A stretch of DNA of 20,000 nucleotides from Pseudovirgaria hyperparasitica (Eukaryota). Below, piece by piece: positions 1 through 11,750 of this stretch. A program made the position numbers and the translations under genes. Every line of letters starts with the position of its first letter. Position 1 is the first letter of the stretch. The notes under the pieces were generated by a model. That model saw only the letters and a program-made list of their open reading frames with translations. It made no database searches and was not told where the DNA came from. Location of the stretch: NCBI GenBank assembly GCA_010093815.1, contig ML996571.1; one strand, written 5' to 3'.

Positions 1-264
1 GATAGTGCCTTCCTCGAGGGTAGAGTTAAATAGAGAGAATTCCTTTAATAATTCTTCACGTAGCGTGGCCTACTACTATTTCTAAAACCTACTTATTCCT
101 TTAATAGTAGGACGGAGATAGTCCTTATAGTATAACGGTAGGGAGGTTATCTTCTTATTAGACGGAACTTCGTAGTTTATATATATGTTCTCGTACTTCC
201 GAAGGAAGGCCGTAATGTTTATTCCTTTAAAGCGCTTAGGGGCTAGGGTAGGTAGAGGTACCAT
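1..264 (-). pseudogene. RIP-inactivated gag-like ORF (N-terminus) of an LTR retrotransposon, runs off the left edge
   Basis: ORF 82-264 (MVPLPTLAPKRFKGINITAFLRKYENIY...) resembles fungal retroelement gag N-termini (F.G.N.T.FL..YE). The frame continues past RIP-type TAG stops as K***ATLREELLKEFSLFNSTLEEGTI to position 1. It lies downstream of a putative LTR. Confidence 0.65.
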
Positions 265-966
265 GCTTCCTTATCGCGCAAATGCTACAAAGAAGTTAAG
301 CATCTCTCTACGAGTTACTAGGTCGTTATTTTAAGCTTCTATCGCACTATTACTAGTAGTAGGTATACTAGTAGAGACGCTAGGGGTAAGGTTATTAGTT
401 AAGGGATTACCTTAACTAAAGGTTGGCCCAATGCGTCTACCTATAACATCTATCATCCCTTCTCTATATTAACTAATCCCTTTATAAGGTGAACTATTAC
501 TATCGTCTTCATCGATATAAGGTTTACGGTATTCTACTTATATTATTATCTTCGTGTGAGGCGTTCCTAAAGTAGTATACTTATATGGCCGTATTTATAA
601 ATGATAGCTATAGTAGCACTAAATAGGTTATATTTGTCGTTTTTAAACTCTTCTTTGCTGCTTTATCTAGCCCTATTTTATATCCTATTCCCCTAAGACA
701 TTTTCGAGTCGCACTATCACCCGTGTTAGCATGCGTATACTTTTTATAGCTACTTTTAAGAGGCTAGCCCCTAGCGACTCCGGACTCCCTGTTTTCCGGA
801 CTCGTGGCTTCGATCTAGTAAGTCTAGACTACCTTATTAGGCACGCTATATACTTCCCCTAAGCTAGTTTCGGAGTCCTAATCTCCCTCTATAAGTTTAT
901 AGTCCGGGTACGACCTCTAAAATTATAGTAAGCTATTGCTACGTGTATCCCTTTTATAAATAGCTA

Positions 967-1411
967 TGTTCCTAGTATAGTAGTCGACGACGAACTCACA
1001 AGTATCTCTCCCAGGTATTATGAGTTCTCTTTGAACGCACGACTTCTTATTAGTTCTCTTTTACGATAGGACGGGTCTATATAATACTCTTAATCAATTC
1101 TTCAATAGCTAAGCCTAATAATCAATACCCATAGAGGCCCATGAACGTAAGGAAAGGTTAAATAGTCGAATATTAGTGATGGGGGAAGCGCGCCGAGCAG
1201 AATGACCAAGGAAAACGCCCTCCTTAAATATACAATGAAGCCATGTAATCGAGCTAGGGACACATACATGTGGGGCTGTAGGAGCGGCCTTCCATAATAG
1301 TTAGTAATTAAACGTGTCCTAGAACATAGTAATAGTATAATACTCCTTAGCCTTAGATAGAATATAGATGGTATACCCAAAGTAAAACGAAATATAAAAC
1401 AGCGACTAACA
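967..1411 (-). mobile_element. Putative 5' LTR (~445 bp) of the minus-strand retrotransposon
   Basis: Bounded by TGTT (967-970) and AACA (1408-1411). On the minus strand it is followed by TAGCTA, a possible RIPed TGG- primer-binding site, then a leader and the gag ORF. The partner LTR is not in the window, so boundaries are inferred. Confidence 0.5.
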
Positions 1412-1769
1412 TATAATAGTATAGACGGCTATATATAGGTTACGCTTAAATAAATCCGTCTCTCTATCTCTAATACTATACTTACTATAACTAGTATAAT
1501 AATAGTAATAGAAAGCTACCGCCTATAACGGTAGAGATACCCACGAAGATAGTATTATAGGTAGTAGATAGTATTACCTAAACGACTCGACCCTTCCTCT
1601 AGTAATACTATATATACTACTATCGGCACTTAGAAAGCCGTAAGACTAATCTATAAACTCTAAAGATAGTAACTTTAAAAGTCTTAGAAGCACCTTAGAT
1701 ATAGAGGATATAGATCTCGATTATAAAGAGTAATAGAATAATAAAAAGAGTGCTAGGGGTAGTAAGAGT

Positions 1770-1965
1770 AGCGCGTGTATTTAGCTAAGGTAATATAATA
1801 CTAATATAAGACGGGTTCTATCTATAGTATATTAGTATATGCCCGATTCTACTAGCTATATAACCGTGGCGCGCATGTTTAATCAAGATATTAACATACC
1901 GGCATAAGCCGGCGTCTACCTGTTTTATATTAGTATACGCCCGGTTCTACTAGCTATATTATTAC
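1770..1965. repeat. Two imperfect ~98-bp direct repeats upstream of the helicase gene
   Basis: GCGCG...TATATTAGTATA.GCCCG.TTCTACTAGCTATA occurs twice. TTCTACTAGCTATA starts at 1847 and 1945. Confidence 0.75.
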
Positions 1966-2135
1966 TATGATTATATTCGTATAAGATCTATACTAATAAT
2001 TAAATATTTACTTATATACTTTACTTTCTCTATACTTTATAAAATTATATTATAATTAGTAAACGTGGTAACTTAACCTCTACTACCTAAATATAGCTTT
2101 TAACTCTTATTACTACTAACTCCGTCTTATTACTC

Positions 2136-5100
2136 ATGACCTAAGTCGTATATAGAAATATATAAGTATAGCGACAGTCACGACCGTCCTAGCTTAACTA
2201 CTAGCTATAGAATAGCTAACTATAATATATACGTACGACGTACGGAGGCCTTAAGCGTTAGCGCCTTTCTACCATATATCTAGTATCTCTAAGGCCTACA
2301 CTAACTACCTAAAATAAGTTATAGTATATATAGGGATACTATTATTAAGATAGCACGCGGAAAAGTATTATAAGAGCTTAAAAATAGTAGTATAGATACT
2401 ACTATACTTATTAGAATAGTTAAGGAAACCATTACTAAAGAATTTAATTAGTATATTACGGCTATAGATAGTAAGTTAGTACCGATAGTTATAGCTATAG
2501 ATATAACGGAGGCTAAACTAGATATAGATATACTAGCTATAGATACCTAGTTATAGTCGCTATTAGAATATAAAGAGAAAGAGAATATAGAAGATACTAA
2601 AATAGAAGACGACGTAATAAGTATACTTAGACATATATATATACTTAGTACTAGATACTAATATTAGAGTAGTATCGAAGATAGGTACGGCCATGCTCGC
2701 CGACTTAGATAATCTCTCTATAAGTACTATCGTGCCTAGTAAAGCTTATATACGCGTAAACATACTAGCTATAGATATATAGTTATAGTTACTATCGGAA
2801 CATAAAGAGAAAGTAGTTATAGAAGATACTAAAATGGAAGATAACGTAATAAGTATACTTAAATATATATATATACTTAGTACTAGATACTAACATTAGA
2901 GTAGTATCGAAGATAGATGCGGCTATACTCGCCGACTTAGATAATCCCTCTACGAGTACCGTTATACCTAGTAAAGCTTATACACGCGTAAATATACTAG
3001 CTATAGATATATAGTTATAGTTACCGTCAGAATATAAAGAGAAAGAGAATAGAGAAGATACTAAAATAGAAGACGATATAATAAGTATACTTAGACATAT
3101 ATATATACTCGGTACTAGATACTAATATTAGAGTAGTATTAAAGATAGATATAGCTATAATTACTAACTTAGATAATTATATAACGGATGCCGTTATGCC
3201 TCTAGATACTAGCGAAGCTTACCTATAGTTACTAGTAGTAAAGAGGATACTCTTAAATAATATAGTAAACCCCATAGATTCTTCTAAACGCTTAAAACTA
3301 GAATATAGTATACTACTAGATATCGACTGGCGGATACTTAAGTACTAGAATCTAATCGAGTTAATAGACGATTTATATAGTAGAAATATATTAGATATAT
3401 TAGATAATACATTAGTAGACGATATTATCTTTATTATCTATTCTCTAGGTAACGAGCCTAACAAAGACGAAGTAAAACCAGATATAGATAACGATCTTCT
3501 AGTAGATAATAACCTTAGTATAAAACTTTAGGAAGTATAAGTTATACTAAGTAGCGAGTAGGAATATATACTACTATACTAATATATCTATAGAGTATTT
3601 ACCGTTAATAACTCTAATAAAGTAATCTAAGCTATCTCTTATTATACGGAAGAGATATAGTTACTTACTATAAGTATATTTAGGCTCGCGCTAGATAATC
3701 TAACGAAGGACTTTGGCTATACACCTATTCTATATCTAGCCTTTAGTATAAGTAGGTTATATAGACTATAGGCCGGCCAATTACTCGCGGTAGTTACTAT
3801 GTTTAAGTAGCGGGCGGGTCTATAAAACTACTAGATCTTAGTAGATAGTCTAGGGCTAGAGAAGACTATTATACTTATAACGTTTATCTACCTCGCATTC
3901 TATTAGGACTTTCTACGCGATAATATAGAACTATACCTAGAAAAGTATCTACTATCGACTTAAGACCTAGGTATAGATAGAAAGTACCTAATATAATCTC
4001 TATATCTAATTAAATATCCGTGTAGCTAGACTAATAAATTTAGCAAGGTGCCCCGTCTTCAAGGACCATTTATACTATACTATCTAAGGAACCTCCTAGT
4101 ATTATATTAGCCATAGCACTTTAACTAGATATACTATAATACGGATAGTATGTTCACTAATAAAATTAATAAACGGAACCTAATAAAGATAGTAGTATGG
4201 TTAGTATACTTAAAAACCCTTCTTAACGCCCCTAATATCTAATAACTCTTGTCTATAGACGTATACTATCTAGCTAAGAGGTGCCCTAACCCCGAATAGG
4301 AACACCGTAACGATATTAGTAATCCTATAAAATATAAGACCGGCAAGAAGTATATTACTAAGGAGTAGTTGATTTACGTTAATAAGACTACTACTATTAA
4401 ATTCCCGTTATAATACGTAAAGAATAATATAGTCTATACTACCGTCTAAAGTATAGAGACCTAATATATTATAAACTTTACTAGACGCGTGGTTCTAAAA
4501 GAGAAGAAGGCAAAAAAATTTAGCGCTAATATTATTTAAACTTATAACATGGTATTCATTAGTATATTTATAGTAGATAAGTTCTATACCTTAAAAAAAC
4601 CTATAATAAAATAGTATAGGTATACGTAACTTAATCCCTTTATATTTAGTATATAGATTAGTATAACGCCCCTCTTAAATAGTCTATTAGATATTCTATT
4701 AGCTATTGAAACGGGTATCCCGGATTGGTTATCTAACTACGTTAATAATAATACTACTAAATTGGTATTTAAGAGTATATAGAAGGGATCTATAAGAAAG
4801 ATAGTTATAACATGGTCGAATAAACTCCTCTCTTAAATAAAAAACAAGCCGGCGGAGACGATAGCTAGTATAGTTAGTATAGTATTAGAAACTATAGACG
4901 GTAAGCGTACACTATATATAGTAGTTAATTAGTATTTACTATTCGTCCTATAAAGGGGATAACTAAGTAAGTAGTTTAATAGAAAGAACTATCTATCTAT
5001 AATAGTAACCCTAGTAGTAGATATTATATATATTACCGCTATAGATATAGAGAAGCGGGTCGTATAGTTATATAAGGATAAAGGCCAAAGGCTCCTTAAA

Positions 5101-6100
5101 TAAGCTATTACCTAGGGTAAATTAAATAGGCTCGGGTATAACACGTACTACTATAAGGCTAGGCTAGCTACTACGTATATACTACTTATATACCTTACCG
5201 ATAAAAGGATAAGTAAGGAATATATTAAAATTAGGCTTATACGTCCGTTAATAGATAATAATAGTATACTAGATAGAGTAATTATTAATCCCATGCGCGA
5301 ATTGCTTCCCTAGCTAGATAATAGTATATAAAAGGATATAATCTTACTAGCTTTAAAAGGAGTCGCTTCGAAGGCAAACTAGCTCCGTAAGCTTATTAAT
5401 GAAAAGGTTTATAATAAAAATACTAAACGCGCGCGTTAAACGTTTACTAACTAACTAGAGAAAATTATAATTGCATCTACTATACTAGTAACCGTAATAT
5501 TCCTATATATGGTAAGTATTTACATTAGTACTTACTAGTAACATGATTTACTAATATATATATAGGCACTACGTTTATACGTAAAATCGAAAATATTAGT
5601 ATATTTACCGGCTGGCCTAAGTACGTCTAGTATAAATAAGGTATACTAAGATTTTAGGTTAAATAAGTTAGATTCTCCGTGTATTTTACTAGCCTTAGCT
5701 TCGTAAGTCTATAAGGGATAAGATCTAATAGTTACCGGTTATATTATATTAGTAGACTAATGCCTACGTAAGGAGACGTGGCCGTAGATAAGTATAAGAT
5801 ATTATTACCATAGATAATATTAGCCTATAGTATATGTATATACTTTAGTTTTAGACTATTTAGAGGTTAAGAGTAGACTTACCGCGTTAGGCTAGGTAAT
5901 TAAAAGCATAAGGAAATAAGCCTTAGACCTAGGAAAAGAAGATATAGCTATGGTAGCAACGACTATACCTAATATACTAGTATTAGGCGTATACTTTAGT
6001 AATCCCATAGAGATATAGAAGTAAGTAAGGTAGTAGGTTAAGTAGCTTCTAAGAGACTAGATAGTATAGTAGTATAAATATAAACCGCTATTTACTTATA
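2136..6100 (+). pseudogene. RIP-inactivated SNF2/Swi2-family (SF2) helicase/ATPase gene, spliced; ends approximate
   Basis: Motif I at 3835-3867 reads ILVDSLGLEKT (de-RIPed ILADGPGLGKT). Motif II at 4576-4587 reads DKFY (DEFH). Motif III at 4660-4671 reads SITP (SATP). Motif IV-like EKIIIAS at ~5458. GTAAGT intron 5512-5565. Motif V-like G*DL at ~5716. Motif VI at 5785-5817 reads *ISIRYYYHR* (QISARCHRHGQ). Order and spacing match SNF2 ATPases. Confidence 0.85.
2529..3200 (+). repeat. Three tandem copies of a 232-bp unit in the helicase N-terminal region
   Basis: TACTAGCTATAGATA starts at 2531, 2763 and 2995. GAAGATACTAAAAT starts at 2590, 2822 and 3054. Period is exactly 232. Confidence 0.95.
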
Positions 6101-6147
6101 AATATATATCTATATATATCTATATGTAAAGAGAAATAAGATATTTA

Positions 6148-6361
6148 TTCTATGCTAGTATATAGTAGAACGTTACTATATATGCCAGTATATAACGGGA
6201 TATTCTAACATACGCCGGTATATTATAGGATATTCCTAGATACTTAAAATATAGTTATAATATAAAGTAGTATCACTATTATATACCGGCATATAGTAGA
6301 ACGTTACTATATATACCGGTATATAACGGGATGTTCTAACATGCGCTAGTATATAACGGGA
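6148..6361. repeat. Degenerate ~28-bp tandem array with a ~131-bp higher-order duplication
   Basis: Repeated (AT)GCCGGTATATAACGGGA-like units. TATAGTAGAACGTTACTATATA starts at 6161 and 6292. Confidence 0.8.
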
Positions 6362-6394
6362 TTAAACGTTTTCTTAACGTTTAATAGAATGATT

Positions 6395-6560
6395 CTAGAA
6401 GAATAGGGACGGCTCTAGGAGAACTAGGATAACTCCGGGAGGACTAAGATAACTTAAGAAGTACCGGGACAACTCCGGGAGGAATGGGACAACTCTAGAA
6501 GTACCGGGACCTATTTAGGATAACTTTAGGAGTACCGGAAGACCTAGAAGTACTAGGAGC
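6395..6560. repeat. ~20-bp minisatellite (about 8 degenerate copies), relatively GC-rich
   Basis: Units resemble CTCCGGGAGGACCGGGACAA / CTCTAGAAGTACCGGGACAA. Confidence 0.8.
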
Positions 6561-6729
6561 GCCGTATCTTTTCTAATGAAGGTAGAATTAGTATTCCTAA
6601 AGTATATCTATATAACTAAGGTATATGAGTAGAGGATTAATATACTATATATCCTTAGTTATAGTATAGAGAATTAAATAGCCCTATTACTCTCTAGAGG
6701 TAGGGTATTAATATATAAATACTACTATT

Positions 6730-8989
6730 ATATAGATAGAAACTTAGAAGAAACGGGAAAATACTTATAGATAGGTATGAATAGCGATTTTATTAAAGGT
6801 TCTCTACTATCTACTAATAAATTCTTTGGTATATTTAAGAAGATACTTATTTCGTATTATAAAGTTTATATCCTAATTAGATTATATTCGATTCTATTAG
6901 CTTAATAACTCTTCTCTAGATATATTATAATTAAGGGCTTATTTCTTTTATTTCGGCTGGCTAGATATAGTATATTTCCTAGAAATATTAATAAAGATAG
7001 TAAGGTATCTATAAGCAACGTATACAGAGATAAACTAGTTAAATACTTAGAAAAATTAAGCTTAAGCTATAATAGACTATAGACTTATAACTAACTCTTA
7101 AGAGTTACTATTAATCTAATATATTAATCTACCTATATAGTATATCCCATTTACTCTAAGATTATATCTCTACTTAGTTAGTCTAGATATAATATACTAT
7201 ACTCTACTTACCCTACTTAGTAAGGAGTAGTAGTAGATCTAGAGTTATAGTATAAAAGCTAAGACTCCGCCTTACCTTTATTAGAAAATATAGTTACTCT
7301 TATAGAGGACCTAGTAGCTAAGAGAGAGACTATTTCTAGAGAATTAAAAATTCTATTCTTAAGATATTACCTTAAACCTTTTAATACCTCTTTTCTTAGT
7401 ATATTACCTCTAGTCTATACGGCTAGGTATATTAGTTCTACTAATAATTCTTCTAGATCTTAACGGAATATCTAGGGAAGATCTATATCTATCCTATAGT
7501 ATTATATCTAATCTTTAGAATATAGTCCTTAATATAGAGCTTAAGGAATAGCTATAGAATATAGATAAGCTTATTTAATCTTTAAATTATAATTATATAT
7601 AAAATCCCAAGTAAAACGGTCTAGATCCCTATTATTCTAATAAATTTAGATATCTCTATAAGGCCGCTAAGGGTATACTTACCCTAAGTATACTAAAAGA
7701 ATACTAAGGGTAGTTTAATTAATTTACTAATATATAATTCTACGTCTAACGGTTATCTAGATAATATATAAAGTTTATTTACTTCGTTAAGAAGAAGTAT
7801 CTATACTATAGAGACTCTATATAGACGCCTATAATATATATACCTTAGCTTATTTCCTCTTAGATTAACTACTAATATAGAAAATCTAAAAAGGATAGTA
7901 ACTTCTAGCTTTTATAAGAAAGAAAGGATAGTTTCTAGTTATATATAATAAAAATACGTGCTACTATATCTTACTACTACTTATATATTATCTACTAAGG
8001 AGAGGGTTTGTTTATTTAGAAGACTAATAGTACTTTCTTAGGAAATCTAATTTATAGTAACCTTATAGCCTATACTATAAAGGTACTATACTAGATAAAG
8101 GTACGTGGTAGAGAGGTATAGAAGAGTATATAGTCTATAATATCGTTTTATCTAAAGAGTCTCTATAAGTATAATATAAATATTAAGACCTTAGACTATT
8201 CTATCTAAAACCTAGATAGTAAGGAAGGAAGAGTTTAGGCTAGTACGTAATAACGTATAATAATATACCTTTTATATATAATTACCTTTTAATATCTTCT
8301 TAGAATTAACGAAGCTTTACGTATTAAAGTTTAATATATCCGAATTTATAATATAAAGTCTAGAAAGGTTAAGATCTTACTTAACTTTCGGAAGTCGGCC
8401 TAGATAGATAGTATATTTCCTATAATATCTAATATCCATACTCTAAAAGAACATATATATAAATATTAAACTATTCTTCCTCTACTTTAATCGAATAGAG
8501 CTATAGCTTAATATTCTAACTCTACTCCTTAAGTAGCTATACTAATTAAAGATCCGTAATAGATTCCTTTTTTACGGTTTTACTATATATAATTAACTAA
8601 AGCTTAATAAAGCTAAATACCTTATACGTATATCTATAGACGTATATTCGGTGCCTAGTTACTAACCTATTATTATTACCTAGTCTACGTCTTTATTTCT
8701 TTAGAACTTCCGATAGAACCTTATAGATATCTAGCTTAAAAGTAGTCTCTATAGTAGCTACTTGTTTTAATAAGACGGGGTTTAATTTCTTTCTAGTAAA
8801 AAGTACTAGAATCTTTAAAAAATATACGACTAGGGAGGATAGAGTATAGATAGTAAGTATTTTATAGTACTTTGGTATCTCTTTAGCGTAAATAACAACT
8901 CTATTTACCTACGGGAGGTATTTATAAATCCCTATATTACTATAGCTATTTGATATGGTTATTATAGTCGAAGTTATTAATACTTATAG
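6730..8989 (+). pseudogene. RIP-inactivated tyrosine recombinase (YR) gene with introns; 5' end approximate
   Basis: 8281-8322 reads ITF*YLLRINEALR (IAFQCLLRIDEALR; catalytic R at 8302). 8386-8403 reads FRKSA* (FRKSAQ). 8750-8785 reads YSSYLF**DGV* (YGSHSFRRGGVQ, the HxxR motif). 8831-8845 reads *GG*S (WGGWS). Candidate nucleophile Tyr at 8876-8878. C-terminus de-RIPs to RCGHCGRSCQCS* ending at 8989. Introns with CTAAC branch sites at ~7710-7760 and ~8624-8683, plus one starting at 8411. Confidence 0.85.
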
Positions 8990-9019
8990 TTATATTAGAA
9001 TACTTATTATTATTTAAGA

Positions 9020-11140
9020 TCCATACTATCATGCTCCCGAAACTAGGAAAGAGCTCTAACTCCCTAAAGGGATAGAGACCAATCGCCCTTCTCTCCTACC
9101 TAGATAAGATACTAGAGGCCATGATAGCGAAGAAGATAAGTACCGCGGTATAGGAATACAATCTCCTCCCTCCGAACCAGAAGGCAAAGGTAGATAGCTC
9201 CCTAATAATAGCTATCTAATATATTATCGAAGTCGTCTAGGCCGCATAGAAATAGGGACGGGTAGTATCGCTCCTCTCCCTCGATATAGCCGGAGCGTTT
9301 AATAAGGTAAACCATATAAGACTTATTTATAACCTCTAGATAAGACGAATACTAGAATAGATTATATACTTTATATAGTCATTCCTTACAGGAAGAATAA
9401 CTTAGATATATATCCCTAGGTACTAGAGTAAATATAAAGAGACGGTATACGGCATCCTATAAGGGAGTACCATCTCTCTAATCCTATTCCTCTTCTTTAC
9501 GGTAGACCTTCTTTAAGGAATAAAGTATATAGAGATAGTCGGATACGCTAATAATATATACCTTCTAGCTATTAATAATAATACTAACCGAACATATAGA
9601 TAACTAGAATAGAATAATAAGAGGTACCTCTAGTAGGTAAAACGCCACGGAGTAAAGTTCGCCCTAGAGAAATACTAGCTCATACACTTCATTAATTATT
9701 AAGGGAAATAGGTAACTAGGGAAGGCGAACGACGCCCCCGAATCGACGTATTTAATAAACTACTAGTATAAAGTATACGCGCGCTCGGAGTCATACTAGA
9801 TAGTAAGCTTAAATAGGGACTATAAGTAGTATACGCCGTCTCTAGGGCCCTCTAGGTAGAAGCTACTATATAATGGATTATAGTCTCCACGTAGGGAACC
9901 GCCCGGGATAAGGCACGCTAGCTATATATATCTATAGTACGACCCGCCTTTACGTACGGACACGAGTGCTAGTACACGGCCCTTATATAGACTAGGCGAA
10001 TAAAGCTCGAATCCATATAGAACCGCATACTCCGTCTTATATTAGGCGTATATAAAGCTACTAATACGGTGCTACTACGACGCGAGATAGACGTTATAAG
10101 TATATATAACTTCTACTAGACATAGAGGGTAGTATACTTCACTAAATAATAAGTATAGGAACGTATAGGAAACGTAGAATATACTTTCGCCGCACTACGT
10201 GCACGAATTAGTATATATTACCGCGCACTCCTATATATAGGCTAGAATTAAATATGGTATAGATACTTAATAGAAGCCGACTCTAGCTAAGTAGTATAAG
10301 AAGTCCAAGATAACCCGGACGCTCTTCTAGACTAGTAGAGCCTTTAAGAACTCGTGAAAAATATACGGTCGTAGACTTAAGATAAGTAGAAAGAGATACT
10401 CTATGCCCACTAGACCTTCTAGTAGAATAGGTACCTAGAGTAGATTCAAGGGCCATAGAAGAAACTAAGTAAATAGATATATAAAGGGCTAACGAAAGCC
10501 TAAGTATCTATACTTATCTAAGCCCGAACGGGCGCCATAGAACTTCTATACTATATCTATAAGAGAGACGTTCCCGATACCTCTCTATAGTATAAGGCGT
10601 GCGGCCGGAGAGGTATAATACGCTACTATCTAGCTATATACCCTAACCTCTATATATAATGGTAATGGCTTATCTACGTTACGAAGACTTTAGATATTAT
10701 ATAATAGCTTAATAAGTACCCTAAGGACGTCTCCCGATAGATACTTATATATCTACTACTTCTCTAGTACTAGTGGACCTAGAAATATATGCCGGAAGAG
10801 ACCCGGTATACGCTAGTAGTAACCCGATATATACCGGAAGAACCCTAGGAGAACCCCGATTATTAGTCGAGGGCAGCCCTTAACTAATAACCTCCGCACC
10901 TATACGTGCTACCTAAGGGTAAAATAACGGTAATATAGGCTATAGGCTAATAGGCGTACCCTATAGCTATATACTTAAGATAAAATAGAGGTTTAACGAG
11001 ATATAGTTATAGATATAAGGAAGTTTTTTCCCTATAGGGTTTCTTCTTATATAGTGGCTTAGACTAGAGGAGGCATAGGCCTATAGAGTACTACTCTACC
11101 TAGTTATATAATATTATTATTATTATTATTATTATTATTT
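9020..11140 (+). mobile_element. 5'-truncated Tad1-like LINE (RT domain to 3' UTR), RIPed, with (TTA)n tail
   Basis: Begins in RT at TIMLPKLGKS...*RPIALLSYLDKILEA (WRPIALLSCLGKILEA). SLDIAGAF at ~9280. GIL*GSTISLILF (GIPQGSTISPILF) at ~9451. YANN (YADD) at 9544-9555. (TTA)n tail at ~11114-11140. TSD-like TTATTATTATTTAAGA at 9004-9019 and 11129-11144. Confidence 0.9.
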
Positions 11141-11289
11141 AAGACTTTACTTAAGCTTTCCGTTTTATATATACTCTAGTATATATTTCTCTAATAATAA
11201 AACGAGTGTACTTTTTTAGTATTTATAGGAAACCATTAATATTATACTAGGATATAGAAAATACCTCTTTATATATAGCTATATTTAGA

Positions 11290-11750
11290 TAGATGTTTCT
11301 AAATATATAACTTAAATAAATTAATATAGAATAAGAATATATTAAAATATAGTTATAAATAATAGAATATTCTAAGTATAAATTAATATATAGAAAGAAA
11401 AAGCTAATATATAGCTATATATAATAGAATATATTAAAGTAGACATTATTATATTAGAAAGAATATATTACTAGATAGATATATGTAATAGTATATATCT
11501 AAGTAGAAGTTACTATATAATAAGAATAGATTAATATATAGCTATATATAGTAGTATATATCTAAGTATAAGTTAATATATAATAAGATTAGATTAATAT
11601 ATAGAAAGAATATATTAATATATAGCTATATATAATAGTATATATCTAAGTATAAGTTACTATATAAATAAGAATAAGTTAATATATAACTATATATACT
11701 AGTATTATACTAAGTATAAGTTACTATATAGCTATATATACTAGTATAAA
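11290..11750. repeat. Extremely AT-rich hierarchical minisatellite (~21-bp subunits, ~63-bp blocks)
   Basis: GTATATATCTAAGTA starts at 11491, 11554 and 11638, with a variant at 11702 (spacings 63, 84, 64). Confidence 0.8.

Noticed and set aside
775..910. Short CCGGACTC direct and inverted motifs
   Set aside because: They are only 7-8 bp and sit in the retroelement leader, too short to support a separate feature.
1102..1380. 92-aa minus-strand ORF from the ORF track
   Set aside because: It has a non-ATG start, no recognisable motif, and lies inside the putative LTR. It is probably open only because RIP is weaker here.
2136..6100. Telomere-linked RecQ helicase or Helitron helicase
   Set aside because: The motifs (LAD..GLGKT, SATP, Q...R.HR.GQ) are SNF2-type, not RecQ or PIF1.
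6148..6560. CRISPR-like appearance of short repeats
   Set aside because: The units are tandem and degenerate without unique spacers, the context is eukaryotic, and no cas genes are present.
6730..8989. Starship captain (DUF3435) or DIRS/Ngaro assignment for the recombinase
   Set aside because: The HSFRRGG/WGGWS/CxxCGRxCxC pattern does not match what I recall of DUF3435 captains, the gene is not evidently first in the unit, and the adjacent RT belongs to a separately inserted LINE with its own TSD. An HMM search is needed to exclude these formally.
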